DNA of 64,000 nt from Candidatus Glassbacteria bacterium (GCA_963752515.1 CAVVYO010000002.1:21362-85361); one strand, 5' to 3'; numbered from the stretch's first letter, positions 43,914-56,320 are shown. A program made the numbers and translations. Notes: a model not told the origin generated them from the letters alone.

Positions 43914-45168
43914 AAGCGCGCAAGACAAGGACCGGCCGGAAGCCTCGGCGGGTGCGGGCCCGGGCCTGCCCACCCGCGAGCAACTGTCGATGATCTTCGA
44001 AAACCTGTTCGAGCGCCAGCGGCTGGTGGAGCTGGCGGCCCGCTGCACCACCCGTGAGGAGAGCCTGGACCTGCGCCAGGCCCGGATCGAGGAGCTGATC
44101 GAGATCCTGCTCAAGGCCTGGGAGCTTGGTCCGAAGAGCCCGAGCGGGAGCCTGTGGGGCGCGGTCGACCAGGAGCTCTCCTCGCGCCAGCGCAGCTACC
44201 TGGGCCAGGGCGAGGCCAAGCTGCGCTCGATGCTGGCCACGCTGTTTTCCGAGGGGGCTTCCGACCGCAAGCTGGCCGCCACCCTGCTGTGGGTGATGCT
44301 CCGCGAGCGTCACGCCCGCCTGCTGGCCGAGTTCGAGAACCAGCTCAGCCGGGGCTTCCGCGACACCGGGAGCAACCTGCCGGGCGGTCGCCCGATCTGC
44401 CTCGCCCGGCTGCGCGAGCTGGAGGACACGATCCAGTTCGGGGTGCGGGAGCTGCGCAATCTGCTGGCCGACCAGACCCGCCAGCTCGAGGGCTTGTCGC
44501 GCCGCCTGGAGTCGCTGGAGCTGCAGCAGGAGCGGGGCTCGGTGCTCGGGTCGCTCGGCGGCGGCAGCGCCGCCCTGCGACGGCGGCTGCAGCGGGTCCC
44601 GCTGGAGGAGATCCGGGTCGGAGTGTTTATCGATGTCCAGAACATGTTCTACGCCGCCAAGAAGCTGGATGGGGCGCGGATCGACTACGAGTCGATCCTC
44701 GACCACATCGTCGGCCCCCGGCGGCTGATCAAGGCCCTGGCCTACATCGTCGAGTCGGCCGAGATCGACCAGAGCGGCTTCATCAGCGTGCTGGAGAAAA
44801 AGGGCTACCAGGTGCGCCGCAAGGAGCTCAAGTCGTTCATGGATGGGACGGCCAAGGGCGACTGGGACATGGGGATGGCGATCGACGTGATCGAGCTGGC
44901 CTCGTACCTGGACGTGGTGGCGCTGGTCACCGGCGATGGCGATTTCGTCTCGCTGGTGCGGCTGATCAAGAAGCTCGGGCCCCGGGTCGAGCTCTACGCT
45001 TTCGGCCACAACCTCTCCAGCGAGCTGCGCGAGGTCAGCGACCAGTTCTTCGAGATCGGCACCGAGCTGCTGCTGAAGAACCATCACCGCAATTCCCCGG
45101 CTCCCGCGCCGCCGGTCGAATTGCCGCCGGCCGAGCCGCAGCCACCCGAGCGGGAAGAGATCAGATGA
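43903..45168 (+). CDS. NYN (LabA/DUF88-like) domain protein with a roughly 250-aa N-terminal coiled-coil extension
   Basis: C-terminal half VGVFIDVQNMFYAAKKL....KGDWDMGMAIDVIE....VALVTGDGDFVSLVRLIKKLGPRVELYAF matches the NYN/LabA acidic-residue pattern. The N-terminal half is helical and unassigned. Overlaps the wecA-family gene by 11 nt and trkA by ATGA. Confidence 0.7.
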   Translation: MHNESAQDKDRPEASAGAGPGLPTREQLSMIFENLFERQRLVELAARCTTREESLDLRQARIEELIEILLKAWELGPKSPSGSLWGAVDQELSSRQRSYLGQGEAKLRSMLATLFSEGASDRKLAATLLWVMLRERHARLLAEFENQLSRGFRDTGSNLPGGRPICLARLRELEDTIQFGVRELRNLLADQTRQLEGLSRRLESLELQQERGSVLGSLGGGSAALRRRLQRVPLEEIRVGVFIDVQNMFYAAKKLDGARIDYESILDHIVGPRRLIKALAYIVESAEIDQSGFISVLEKKGYQVRRKELKSFMDGTAKGDWDMGMAIDVIELASYLDVVALVTGDGDFVSLVRLIKKLGPRVELYAFGHNLSSELREVSDQFFEIGTELLLKNHHRNSPAPAPPVELPPAEPQPPEREEIR

Positions 45169-46508
45169 GAGCGATCATTGCCGGGGCGGGCGATGTGGGC
45201 TTCCACCTTGCCTCCCGCCTCTCCCAGCAGGGCGAGGAGATCGTGGTGATCGACCCCGACCAGGAAAAGGTCGATCGGGTGTCCGACCACCTGGATGTGC
45301 TGGCCCTGCAGGGCAGCGGGGTGGACTTCCGGATGCTGGACAAGGCCGGAATCGCCCGCTCGGACATGGTGATCGCGGTGACCGACGATGATGAGGTCAA
45401 CATCATGGTCTGCCAACTGGCCCGTCGCTACGGGGTGGGACTCAAGATCGCCCGGGTCGGCGCGGATTGCTACTACGGAGACTCGCCCCTCTCGCCGCGC
45501 GAGGACCTGGGGATCGATGTGATGGTCAACCCCGAGGTGGCCGCCGCCGAGCAGGTGGTGCGCCTGTTGCGGCTGGCCCCGGCCACCGATGTGGCCGAGT
45601 TCGCCGAGGGCGAGGTGATGCTGATCGGCCTGCGCATCGGCGAGAGCTTCCCCCACCTCGACCGGCCGCTGCGGGAGATCGCCGGGGAGTTCGAGGCCCG
45701 GGCGTTCCTGGTGGCGGCGATCAGCCGCGGCGACCAGACGATCATCCCCGGGGGCCAGGACCTGATCCGCCGCGGCGACCTGCTCTACGTGATCGGCCGC
45801 AGCGAGGCGGTGCCGGACATCCTGCGGCTGACCGGCCACAGCGACCGCCCCCTGCAACGGGTGATGCTGGCCGGGGGCACCCGGACCGCGGTGCTGACCG
45901 CCCGGCGGCTGGAGGAGCGGGGGGTGAGCCCGATCATCTTCGAGGCCAGCCGCGCCCGCTGCGCCGAGCTGGCCGAGGAGCTGACCAGCACCCTGGTGCT
46001 CAACGGCGACGCCACGGACCTGGACCTGCTCCAGAGCGAGGGGGTCGATGGGGTGGACGGGTTCGTGGCCCTGACCGGGGATGAGGAGAACAACATCATC
46101 AGTTGCCTGGTGGCCCGCAACATGGGCGCCGGCAAGGTGATCGCCCGCATCCGCCGGATCGAGTACATCAACCTCGCCCACCGGATCGGGATCGATGCCA
46201 CGGTCAGCCCGCACCTGTCGACAGTCAATGCGATCCTCTCGGCCGCCAACAGCGACCGGCTGATCGCCCTGGCCACGATGCGGGGCCTCAGCGCGCAGAT
46301 CATGGAGGTCTCGATCAAGGCGGGGCTGCCCTATGTCGGCAAGCCCCTGCGCGAGCTGCGGCTGCCCTCGGCCTGCATCCTGGGCTCGGTGGTGCGCGAT
46401 GGGCGGGTGTTCATCCCCCACGGCAGCGACCACCTCGAGCCCGGCGACAAGGCGGTGATCTTCACCCTGGCCCAGCAGGCCCGCAAGGTGAGCAAGTATT
46501 TCCTGTAG
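45165..46508 (+). CDS. trkA: Trk potassium uptake system, NAD-binding subunit
   Basis: MRAIIAGAGDVGFHLA Rossmann motif. Duplicated RCK_N/RCK_C architecture, about 447 aa. Confidence 0.9.
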   Translation: MRAIIAGAGDVGFHLASRLSQQGEEIVVIDPDQEKVDRVSDHLDVLALQGSGVDFRMLDKAGIARSDMVIAVTDDDEVNIMVCQLARRYGVGLKIARVGADCYYGDSPLSPREDLGIDVMVNPEVAAAEQVVRLLRLAPATDVAEFAEGEVMLIGLRIGESFPHLDRPLREIAGEFEARAFLVAAISRGDQTIIPGGQDLIRRGDLLYVIGRSEAVPDILRLTGHSDRPLQRVMLAGGTRTAVLTARRLEERGVSPIIFEASRARCAELAEELTSTLVLNGDATDLDLLQSEGVDGVDGFVALTGDEENNIISCLVARNMGAGKVIARIRRIEYINLAHRIGIDATVSPHLSTVNAILSAANSDRLIALATMRGLSAQIMEVSIKAGLPYVGKPLRELRLPSACILGSVVRDGRVFIPHGSDHLEPGDKAVIFTLAQQARKVSKYFL

Positions 46509-46567
46509 GCGGCAGTGCCGGCTCCCGGACCAGAGCGTAAACCCTCACCCCCGACGTTCCAGTCCCG

Positions 46568-48016
46568 ATGAAGCTCAAAGTCGTGCTACAGGTGGTCGGG
46601 CTGCTCCAGGTGTTTGTCGGCCTGGCGATGCTGCTGCCGATCGCGGCGGCGATCATCTACCGGGAGGAGGCGCTGCTGTGGCTGGCGCTGTCGGCCGCGG
46701 TGGCGATCCTGGCCGGGGGGCTGACCTTCCTGCTGACCCGCCAGGCCGGGGAGATCCGCATCCGGGAGGGTTTCGCGATCGTCACCCTCGGCTGGGCCTG
46801 CACCGCCCTGGTCGGCGCCCTGCCGTTTTTGCTCTCCGGGGCGATCCCCTCGTTCACCGATGCCTATTTCGAGACGATGAGCGGCTTCACCACCACCGGG
46901 GCCTCGATCCTGACCGATGTCGAGGTCATGCCGAAAAGTCTGCTGCTCTGGCGCAGCCTGACCCATTGGCTCGGCGGAATGGGGATCATCGTGCTCTCGA
47001 TCGCGATCCTGCCCTTCCTGGGGGTCGGCGGGATGCAGCTCTACCGGGCCGAGGTCCCGGGACCGACTCCCGATCGGCTCCGGCCCCGGATCAGCCAGAC
47101 CGCCGGCCTGCTGTGGGCGGTCTACCTGCTGCTGACCATGCTCGAGATCCTGCTGCTGATTGTCGGCGGGATGGACCTGTTCGACGCCACCAATCATGCG
47201 TTCGCCACCATGGCCACCGGGGGCTTTTCCACCCGCAACCTGTCGGTGGGGTTTTACCAGAGCGCGTTCATCCACTACGTGATCGCGTTCTTCATGTTCG
47301 CGGCCGGGGTGAACTTCACCCTGCACTACCGTTTCCTGGCCGGCTTCCGGCTCAGGGAATACTTCCGTGACCGCGAGTTCACGTTCTACCTGATGATTGT
47401 CGGCGGGGCGACCCTGGCGCTGTTCCTGGCCAATGCCCGGTTCGGGGCCGGCCTCTCCGAGAGCAACTTCCGGGCGAGCCTGTTCCAGGCGGCGTCGATC
47501 ATCACCACCACCGGGTTCGCCACCGCCGATTTCGACCTGTGGAGCCCGTTCAGCCGGACCCTGCTGCTGGTCCTGATGTTTGTCGGCGGCTGCGCCGGCT
47601 CCACCGGCGGCGGGATCAAGGTGCTGCGCCTGCTGCTGCTGCTCAAGCTCGGCCGGACAGAGCTCAAGAAACTCCTGCACCCGCGCGGGGTATTCCAGGT
47701 GAAGGTCAACCGGATCCGGGTGCGGCCGGAGGTGATGCTCAACGTGCAGGGCTTCTTCACCCTCTACATCGCCCTGTTCGTGCTCTGCTCGCTGGTGATG
47801 ACCGCGCTGGGCCTGGACCTGGTGACCGCGGCCAGCTCGGTGGCCGCCACCCTGGGCAACATCGGCCCCGGGCTGGCGGAGGTCGGGCCGGCCCGCAACT
47901 ACGCTTTCATCCCCGGCTTCGGCAAGTGGGTGCTGTCGCTCTGCATGCTGCTGGGCAGGCTGGAAATCTATACCGTGATCGTGCTCTTCCTGCCCGAAAC
48001 CTGGCGGAAGCTCTGA
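46568..48016 (+). CDS. trkH: Trk potassium uptake system, membrane subunit
   Basis: 482-aa polytopic protein with TTTGF / [16 protein letters not shown] selectivity-filter-like motifs. Confidence 0.9.
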   Translation: MKLKVVLQVVGLLQVFVGLAMLLPIAAAIIYREEALLWLALSAAVAILAGGLTFLLTRQAGEIRIREGFAIVTLGWACTALVGALPFLLSGAIPSFTDAYFETMSGFTTTGASILTDVEVMPKSLLLWRSLTHWLGGMGIIVLSIAILPFLGVGGMQLYRAEVPGPTPDRLRPRISQTAGLLWAVYLLLTMLEILLLIVGGMDLFDATNHAFATMATGGFSTRNLSVGFYQSAFIHYVIAFFMFAAGVNFTLHYRFLAGFRLREYFRDREFTFYLMIVGGATLALFLANARFGAGLSESNFRASLFQAASIITTTGFATADFDLWSPFSRTLLLVLMFVGGCAGSTGGGIKVLRLLLLLKLGRTELKKLLHPRGVFQVKVNRIRVRPEVMLNVQGFFTLYIALFVLCSLVMTALGLDLVTAASSVAATLGNIGPGLAEVGPARNYAFIPGFGKWVLSLCMLLGRLEIYTVIVLFLPETWRKL

Positions 48017-48095
48017 GGCACCGGCCATCCGGCCGGCGGTGGGGCGAAACGAAACCATCGCAAGAACGTCTGGTCCCAAGGAAAACAATAAGCCC

Positions 48096-49892
<1,797 letters not shown>

Positions 49893-49984
49893 GCGGCGTG
49901 GGGTGACTGACCCGCCGGCTGAGATTCAAGGTGATGACAGTACAGCGCTGACTTACTGCTCTGCTGCTGTCCAACCCACTTGAC

Positions 49985-50056
49985 AAGGGAAAAAGTTTTG
50001 GAAAGTGGGGGGCCCGGGGGGAGGAAAACCCTTTCCAAAAGGGTTCCGCCCCCCGG
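49985..50056 (-). repeat. intergenic repeat family, short copy (K then H, inverted)
   Basis: AAGGGAAAAAGTTTTGGAAAGTGGGGGGC followed by the imperfect hairpin CCGGGGGGAGGAAAACCCTTTCCAAAAGGGTTCCGCCCCCCGG. Confidence 0.75.
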
Positions 50057-50096
50057 AGCAGCCGTTCAGGGTAAAATTGCGGGCAAGGGAGGCATC

Positions 50097-51950
50097 ATGG
50101 CGGGTGCGGCGTTCGATTCCGGAAGGGGCGATCCCCTGGCCGGGGGTCTGCCCCCGGCGGATGAACGCGAGCGCCTGCTGGCCGAGGCCAACCTGGGCTT
50201 TTCCGGCTGGCGCTGGGTCGCCGCCCGCTCGGGCCGGGGCGAGAGCCTGGAGACAGAGGTCTCCCCGGCCGGGGCGCTGCTGGCCGCTGTCGCCGCGGAG
50301 AGCTTCCGCCGCTACCTGACCGCCACCACCGGCAAGTCCGAAGTCCACCTGGCCCTGGGCACCGACACCCGTCCCACCGGACCGGGGCTGGCCCGCCAGG
50401 CCTTGCGCGCCCTGCTGGCCGGCGGGGCCCGGGTCGACTGGCTGGGAGTGGCCGCCTCCCCCGAGGCCCTGGCCTACGCCGCGGCGGAACGCGGCCTAAA
50501 TGGCCTGCTGCTGATCACCGCCAGCCACAACCCGCCCGGGCACAACGGCTTCAAGTTCGCCGGGCGCAATGGCGGGGTGATCGATCCCGCGCAGGATGAG
50601 CGCCTGCGCGAGCTGTTCCTGAAGCTCTGGCGCTCGGAAAGCGAACTGCTCGCCCTGCGGGAGCGCCTGTCCGCGGTGGACCCGCGGCGGGTGGCACAAC
50701 TGCTGGCCGCGCCCGAACCCAAGCTTCGCAGCTCGGCCGCCTACCAGGCCCTGCTGGACCGGGTGCTGGCCGGGCCGCTGATGGCGGAGCAGGTCCGGGC
50801 GGAGCTGCTCCGCGCCCTGGAGCGCGAGCCGCTGGGGGTGGTGGCCGAGCTCAATGGCTCGGCGCGGGCCACCGCCGGGGATCAGCGCTACCTGGAGGCG
50901 CTGGGGGTGCGGGTCCGGCTGGAGAACGCCGAGCCCGGGCGTCTGGCCCACCCGATCCTGCCCGAGGGCGCGAGCCTCGACACCTGCCGATGGCTGCTGG
51001 AGCAGAGCGCCGCCGCGCGGCCGGAGTTCCAGCTCGGCTATGTCCCGGACAACGATGGCGACCGGGGGAACCTGGTGCTGCTGGATCGGGATTCCTCCCG
51101 GGCCCGGCCATTGGAGGCCCAGGAGGGGTTCGCCCTGGCCGTGGCCGCGCGGCTGGCTTTCCTGGCCCGGTGCCGACGCGGCTGCCCCCCGGCGGGGGAT
51201 GCTCCTCCGGCGGTGGTGGTCAACGATCCGACCTCGGGCCGGGTGGATGCTGTCGCCGAGCGGTTCGGGGCGCGGGTGTTCCGGGCCGAGGTGGGCGAGG
51301 CCAATCTCGTCCGGCTGGCGGAAGAACTGGAGCGGGAGGGGCAGCCGGTGGCGATCCTCGGCGAGGGCAGCAATGGCGGCAACATCACCCCCCCGGCGCG
51401 GGTGCGCGACCCGCTGGCCACCGTGCTGTCGCTGGTGCTGCTGGCCCGGCTGGAGGGAGTGCGACGGGAGCTGGAGGAACGTTTTCCGGCCCCGGCGGGC
51501 GCCGCTGAGGGCGAAACCTCCCTGGCGGCCCTGGCCGCGCGCCTGCCGCGCTGGCACTCCACCGGGCACTACGAGCCCCGGGCCCAGCTCCAGGTGTGTC
51601 ACGAGGACCACGACCGGCTCAAGAGCAACTACGAGCGGATTTTCGAGCGGCGGTGGCCGGAGTTCGCCCCGGAGCTTTCCCGCCGCCTAAGAGTCGCCGG
51701 CTACCGCTTCCTCAACTACGAGGGCGCGCGGATCATCCCCGGCCCGGGCCGGCGGGAAGCCGGGGGGCTCGGCGGATTCAAGGTCCAGTTGCTGGATGGG
51801 GCGGGCCGCGAGCGGGGTTTCCTCTGGATGCGCGGCAGCCGCACCGAGCCGGTGTTCCGGGTGATGGCCGACACTTCGGCCGGCGAGGCGGAGGAGCATT
51901 ACCTGCTGGAGCTGCACCGCGCGGTCCTGCTGGAAGCCGACCGCGCCTGA
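50097..51950 (+). CDS. phosphohexomutase family (phosphoglucomutase/phosphomannomutase/phosphoglucosamine mutase-like)
   Basis: LLITASHNPPGHNGFKF is the active-site Ser loop. PDNDGDRG is the metal-binding loop. Internal ATG with AAGGGAGG upstream. Confidence 0.85.
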   Translation: MAGAAFDSGRGDPLAGGLPPADERERLLAEANLGFSGWRWVAARSGRGESLETEVSPAGALLAAVAAESFRRYLTATTGKSEVHLALGTDTRPTGPGLARQALRALLAGGARVDWLGVAASPEALAYAAAERGLNGLLLITASHNPPGHNGFKFAGRNGGVIDPAQDERLRELFLKLWRSESELLALRERLSAVDPRRVAQLLAAPEPKLRSSAAYQALLDRVLAGPLMAEQVRAELLRALEREPLGVVAELNGSARATAGDQRYLEALGVRVRLENAEPGRLAHPILPEGASLDTCRWLLEQSAAARPEFQLGYVPDNDGDRGNLVLLDRDSSRARPLEAQEGFALAVAARLAFLARCRRGCPPAGDAPPAVVVNDPTSGRVDAVAERFGARVFRAEVGEANLVRLAEELEREGQPVAILGEGSNGGNITPPARVRDPLATVLSLVLLARLEGVRRELEERFPAPAGAAEGETSLAALAARLPRWHSTGHYEPRAQLQVCHEDHDRLKSNYERIFERRWPEFAPELSRRLRVAGYRFLNYEGARIIPGPGRREAGGLGGFKVQLLDGAGRERGFLWMRGSRTEPVFRVMADTSAGEAEEHYLLELHRAVLLEADRA

Positions 51951-52013
51951 ACAGAGCATTGCCACCAGGGCCGCTTGGCCCGTTAAGCTTATTAAACCGA
52001 AGCGAGAGTATGC

Positions 52014-52841
52014 ATGAAAGTCGATCTGCACATCCACAGCACTTACTCCGATGGCAGCCTGGGGCCGCGCAAGATCGTGGCCCGGGTGATCGAGCGCCAG
52101 CTGTCGGTGATCGCGATCACCGATCACGACACGGTCAACCACTTCCCCGAGATGCGCGAGCTGGCCGGGGAGGGCGGGCCGACCGCGCTGCTGGCCGGGA
52201 CGGAGTTCAGCAGCCTGTTCCATGACCGGGAGATCCACATCCTGGGCTACGACCTGGATCCGGAGGATCAGGAGCTGCGCCGCCACCTGGAGCGGGTCCG
52301 CCTGCGAAGAGAGGAGCGGGCCCACCGCATCCTGGAACGGCTGGAGCGCAGTAACGTGCGCATCCCGCCCAGCGACCTGGAGCTGATCGAGGAGGGGGCG
52401 ACAGTCGGGCGGGTGTTCATCGCCCAGTTGCTGCTCGGCCATGGCTATGTCAGCTCGATCAACGAGGCTTTCGACCGTTTCCTCGGAGCCCAGGGCAGCG
52501 CGTTTGTCCCTTACGAGCTGACCGATGCCCGCCAGGTGATCGCCATGATCCGCCAGGCCGGCGGGATCAGCATCTTCGCCCACCCCAACGCCCAGGAGCT
52601 GGAGAGCATGGGGCCGGCCCTGGCGGCCGAGGGGCTGGAGGGGGCCGAGGGCTACCGCCCGGGACTGGGCGGCCCCGAGGGCCGCGCGGTCCGTCGGCTG
52701 ATCGAGAAGCAGGGGCTGCTGGTCACCGGCGGCTCGGACTGGCACTCCGACAATGGCCGGTTCCCCCTGGGCGAGTTCTACCTCGAGATCGACCGGGTCC
52801 GGGAGTTCCTGGAACGGATCGGCGTTTCCGTCGGCCACTGA
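52014..52841 (+). CDS. PHP-domain metal-dependent phosphoesterase (TrpH/YciV-like)
   Basis: MKVDLHIHSTYSDGSL, AITDHD, GGISIFAHP, GSDWH. Confidence 0.9.
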   Translation: MKVDLHIHSTYSDGSLGPRKIVARVIERQLSVIAITDHDTVNHFPEMRELAGEGGPTALLAGTEFSSLFHDREIHILGYDLDPEDQELRRHLERVRLRREERAHRILERLERSNVRIPPSDLELIEEGATVGRVFIAQLLLGHGYVSSINEAFDRFLGAQGSAFVPYELTDARQVIAMIRQAGGISIFAHPNAQELESMGPALAAEGLEGAEGYRPGLGGPEGRAVRRLIEKQGLLVTGGSDWHSDNGRFPLGEFYLEIDRVREFLERIGVSVGH

Positions 52842-52869
52842 GCCCACTCAGAACCAAAGATCAACTGCT

Positions 52870-53690
52870 CCGGGGGGAGGGAGCAAACCTTTTGAAAAAG
52901 GTTTTTCTCCCTCCCCCCGGGCCCCCCTTCCCCTTTCCCAAACTTTTTGCTAGTTGAAAGATGGTTGTCGGGCAGTAGGCTGGCAGGATTTGGCCGTAGG
53001 GGCGGGCAGGCCCATCTGTTCCAACAAAATCGGCGATAAGTGGGATTGGTGCGACCGGGGGGTTGGGTCAGCAGCTCCGGTCGGGGCCGGCCCCCGGGCC
53101 GGCCCTGAAAAACACAACCCCCGGTTTCCCCCTTTGCTAAGGGGGATCAACAGCACTGCCGGCCCGCGGCTCCCACGGGCGCGGCATGCCGCGCCCCTAC
53201 GATGGGCTCCGGGCCTCCAACCTGATTCCATCGCACCTGCTTTCCCTGTTTTTGCCTTTGCCCCCAGCGCCCCTCCGGGGCGCTCCGCGACCGAGGTCGG
53301 GGCCGGAAAGCTGACACTCCCCGGCGGATGAGGCGGCGCCCGGGCATGACACCCCCCGGCAGCTGAAGCTGCCACCCCCCTCCAGGGGGGAGTAACAACG
53401 CTACACCCAACCGGTTGCGGCAACTCGACAGGTGCAGCCGGCACAGTCCCCCCTGGAGGGGGGTGGCCCCGCGGCAGGCGGGGCCGGGGGGTGTAAGGCC
53501 CGGGTACCGCACCAGCGGCCGGGAGGCGGCCGGCGAGTTTTGCGCCGCAAAGGCTCTTTGCGCCACTTTCCAGCCACAGAAAGTGGAAAAAAATAAAGAA
53601 GTTGGAGAACGGCAGAGGGCCGGGGAAACACCCCATCCCACGGTCCTCCCCGCCCCTTTCCGGAACTTTTTGGAGAGTTGGATGCGATGA
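52870..53690 (+). repeat. intergenic repeat family, longest mosaic copy (type 3), followed by an extra K-like module
   Basis: H 52870-52920 and K 52921-52955. Distant arms GTAGGGGCG (about 53005) and CGCCCCTAC (about 53195). Hairpin TCCCCC-tttgctaa-GGGGGA 53127-53146. GGCGAGTTTTGCGCCGC plus hairpin CCACTTTC-cagccaca-GAAAGTGG 53563-53586. K-like CCCCTTTCCGGAACTTTTTGGAGAGTTGGATG at 53652-53685. Confidence 0.8.
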
Positions 53691-53727
53691 TGTCGGACCG
53701 CCAGGCCGTCTCAACCCTGTCCGCGCG

Positions 53728-54564
53728 ATGACTGAACTGGAAGGTACTCCTGGCGCCCATCCCCCCGGCCTGAACCCCCGGGAGGCGCTGCTGGCCCTGG
53801 CCGCGGCGCTGGCGCTGCTGTTGGCCGTAGTGGCGCTGTTCGGCGGCGAGGCTCCCGCCGGGCTGCCCGGCGGCCGGTTCACCTGGCTGGCCCTGCTGGA
53901 GCTGGCCGCCCTGGGCCCGCCGCTGGCCCTGCCGCTCGTGCGCCGCCACTCGCTGCGCTTTCTGTTGCGGGAGAGCCTGCTGATCCGCCCGGCCCCGCCG
54001 GCGGCGGTGGCGGGCGGGCTCCTGCTGGGAGCGGGCCTGGTGCTGCTGGCCCCCTGGTTCGAGGGCTGGCAGGCCCGGCTGACACCGCCCCCGCCGGGGC
54101 TGGCCGAGGCCGCCTGGCGGTTTGCCCGGCTGGGGCCCGGAGAGTCCGCGGCCTGGGCTTTCTGCTGCCTGGCCGTGGCGCCGTCCCTGCTGGAGGAGGC
54201 CTTTTTCCGCGGGCTGCTGCTGCGTCCGGCGCTGGAGCGCTGGAGCCGTCCGGCGGCAGTGGCCGGGATCGGCCTGCTGTTCGCGCTGTTTCATCTCAGC
54301 CCCTGGCACCTGCCGGCCTACTGGCTGATCGGGATGCTGCTGACCTGGGCCGCCGCGCGCGCCGGATCGGTCCTGCCCGCGCTGGCGCTGCACCTGGCCA
54401 ACAATGGGCTGTCGCTGCTGGCGGTGAATCTTCCCGCCACCGCCCTGGCCGGCTGGGTGCGCGGGACTGCCCCGGTGCCGCCCGGGCTGGCGGCCCTCGG
54501 CGCGGCGCTGGCGCTCGCCGGCGCGGCCCTGGTGCGCCGCTCCACCCGGCCCGGCCCCGCCTGA
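53728..54564 (+). CDS. CPBP-family intramembrane glutamic endopeptidase (CAAX protease-like)
   Basis: LLEEAFFRGLL, FALFHL and ALHLANN motifs in a polytopic protein. Internal ATG chosen, because the track N-terminus is repeat sequence. Confidence 0.8.
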   Translation: MTELEGTPGAHPPGLNPREALLALAAALALLLAVVALFGGEAPAGLPGGRFTWLALLELAALGPPLALPLVRRHSLRFLLRESLLIRPAPPAAVAGGLLLGAGLVLLAPWFEGWQARLTPPPPGLAEAAWRFARLGPGESAAWAFCCLAVAPSLLEEAFFRGLLLRPALERWSRPAAVAGIGLLFALFHLSPWHLPAYWLIGMLLTWAAARAGSVLPALALHLANNGLSLLAVNLPATALAGWVRGTAPVPPGLAALGAALALAGAALVRRSTRPGPA

Positions 54565-54590
54565 TGCCAATTTAACGGCAAAGGCTTTTT

Positions 54591-54712
54591 CCGGGGGGAG
54601 GGTGGAAATCCCGTTGGGCGGGATTTCCGCCCTCCCCCCAGGGATGCCTTCCCCCCGGGGATGCCTTCCCCCCATCCCCCCTTCCACTTTCCAAACATTT
54701 TCGCTGGTTCAC
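54591..54712 (+). repeat. intergenic repeat family, short copy with a re-coded H hairpin
   Basis: CCGGGGGGAGGGTGGAAATCCCG-ttgg-GCGGGATTTCCGCCCTCCCCCC keeps the outer stem but replaces the AAAACCTTTT core with a different complementary pair. Tandem duplication GGGATGCCTTCCCCCC x2 (54641-54673), then K (CCACTTTCCAAACATTTTCGCTGG). Confidence 0.8.
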
Positions 54713-54835
54713 TGCCGGATGTCGGCCGGCCCTTCCGGAAAATGAAACTATTTCCCGCCGACAGTTGTCCTAACAGAACAGGTGTGCCCGAAAAAATTCC
54801 GCTCCGCGCTCAGTTCACCCAGTTGGAGGTAATGG

Positions 54836-56317
54836 ATGCGTCCCTCTTTGCCGAGATTTCTCCCTGCCGCGGCCGCGCTGCTGAACCTCACGCTCCTGGC
54901 GGCCGCGCTGCCGCTGTCGGCCGCGACCGAGCCCGCCGCGGCGCCGCAACGGCAGGCAGCCCTGATCGAGGGCCCGGTGGATTTTTTCCACAGCTACAAC
55001 ATGACCGTGCTCTTCCCGGTGAGCCGCGCCGCGCTCGGGGCGGCCGACACGATGCAGGCCGGGTCCGACACCCTGCCGGTGCTGACCCTGGATGAGTGCC
55101 TCGAACGGGCGATGGGCGACAACCCCGACTACCAGAAGAACCTGGAGAACCTGCGGGCCTCCCAGGCCGACCTGGTCAGCGCCTGGGGCAACTTCATGCC
55201 GACCATCAGCACCGGCTATGGGTTGGCCCAGAACAACCAGAGCCGCGCCTTCCTCGACCAGAGCGGCGTGCTGCGCCTCAGCGGCGGGATCAGCAAGTCG
55301 GCCTACGGCAACCTGAACATGAACTACACCCTGTTCAACCGCGGCTACCAGTTCTTCGAGCTGCGCAACGCCCGTTACCTGCGGAGCCAGCGGCTGGAGA
55401 ACCGCCGCAACTCCGAGCTGGGGTTGGTGGCTCTGGTGCGCCGGGCCTACTTCAACACCCTGCGCCAGCAGAAACTGCTGGAGGCGGCGGGAATCCAGGC
55501 CGAGCAGCGCCGCGACCAGTTGCAACTGGCCGCGGCCCGGCTGGCGGTGGGCTCGGTCACCCGGCTCGATGTGCTCCAGGCCCAGAAGCTGGTCAAGGAC
55601 CAGGAGCTGGTGATCCTCCAGACCCAGAACGCGCTCAAGAGCGCCCGGATGGAGCTGCTCCGGCAGATGGGCGGCGACCTGGGCGAGCAGTTCTCCCTGG
55701 CGGACGAGTTCCAGGTCCACCAGGTCGGGTTCGAGCTGGAGCGGCTGCTGAGCGAGGCCCGCACCGTTCATCCCCAGCTGCAGGGGATCGAGTTCCAGAT
55801 CCGCCAGCAGGAGAGCAACCTCGCCATGGGCCGGCTTTCCTACCTGCCGGTGGTCTCGATGCGCGCCGGCTACAACCGCAGCGAGGATGCCCTGACCCTG
55901 CGGCCGGATGCGGGCACCGGCCGCCAGCTCTCCGTGTCGGTGGGCTGGGACATGTTCGATGCTTTCGCCCGCTTCCGCCAGAACCGCCAGTTCGAGGTGG
56001 CGATCAACAACCTGCACTACGACCTGGAAAGCGTGCGCCTGCAGCTCGAGCAGACGGTGCGCGAGAACTACAACAACCTGCACCAGCTCTACCAGCGCAC
56101 CCTGACCCTGAGCGAGAGCCGCGAGCTGGCCCGCCAGTCGCTGGAAATGGAGCAGGAACGCTACCGGCTGGGCAGCGCCAGCATCATCGAGCTGCGCCAG
56201 GCCCAGTTCGACTACTCGGATGCCGAGGTGCAATACATCAACTCGATCTACGACTTCCACTCGGCGCTGTCGACCTTGAGCCAGGCGGTGGGCCGGGACC
56301 TGACCTTGGAGTACTGA
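54836..56317 (+). CDS. TolC-family outer membrane efflux protein
   Basis: 493 aa with a signal peptide. Two-repeat OEP architecture (LTLDECLERAMGDNPDYQ..., ...LSEARTVHPQLQGIEFQI...). GGAGG lies 6 nt upstream. Confidence 0.85.
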   Translation: MRPSLPRFLPAAAALLNLTLLAAALPLSAATEPAAAPQRQAALIEGPVDFFHSYNMTVLFPVSRAALGAADTMQAGSDTLPVLTLDECLERAMGDNPDYQKNLENLRASQADLVSAWGNFMPTISTGYGLAQNNQSRAFLDQSGVLRLSGGISKSAYGNLNMNYTLFNRGYQFFELRNARYLRSQRLENRRNSELGLVALVRRAYFNTLRQQKLLEAAGIQAEQRRDQLQLAAARLAVGSVTRLDVLQAQKLVKDQELVILQTQNALKSARMELLRQMGGDLGEQFSLADEFQVHQVGFELERLLSEARTVHPQLQGIEFQIRQQESNLAMGRLSYLPVVSMRAGYNRSEDALTLRPDAGTGRQLSVSVGWDMFDAFARFRQNRQFEVAINNLHYDLESVRLQLEQTVRENYNNLHQLYQRTLTLSESRELARQSLEMEQERYRLGSASIIELRQAQFDYSDAEVQYINSIYDFHSALSTLSQAVGRDLTLEY

Positions 56318-56320
56318 ACC

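Noticed and set aside
49980-50002. TTGACA at 49980-49985, inside the inverted K module, as a promoter for the phosphohexomutase gene.
   Set aside because: The sequence 17 nt downstream (AAGTGG) is not a plausible -10 element. The TTGACA is probably fortuitous within the repeat.
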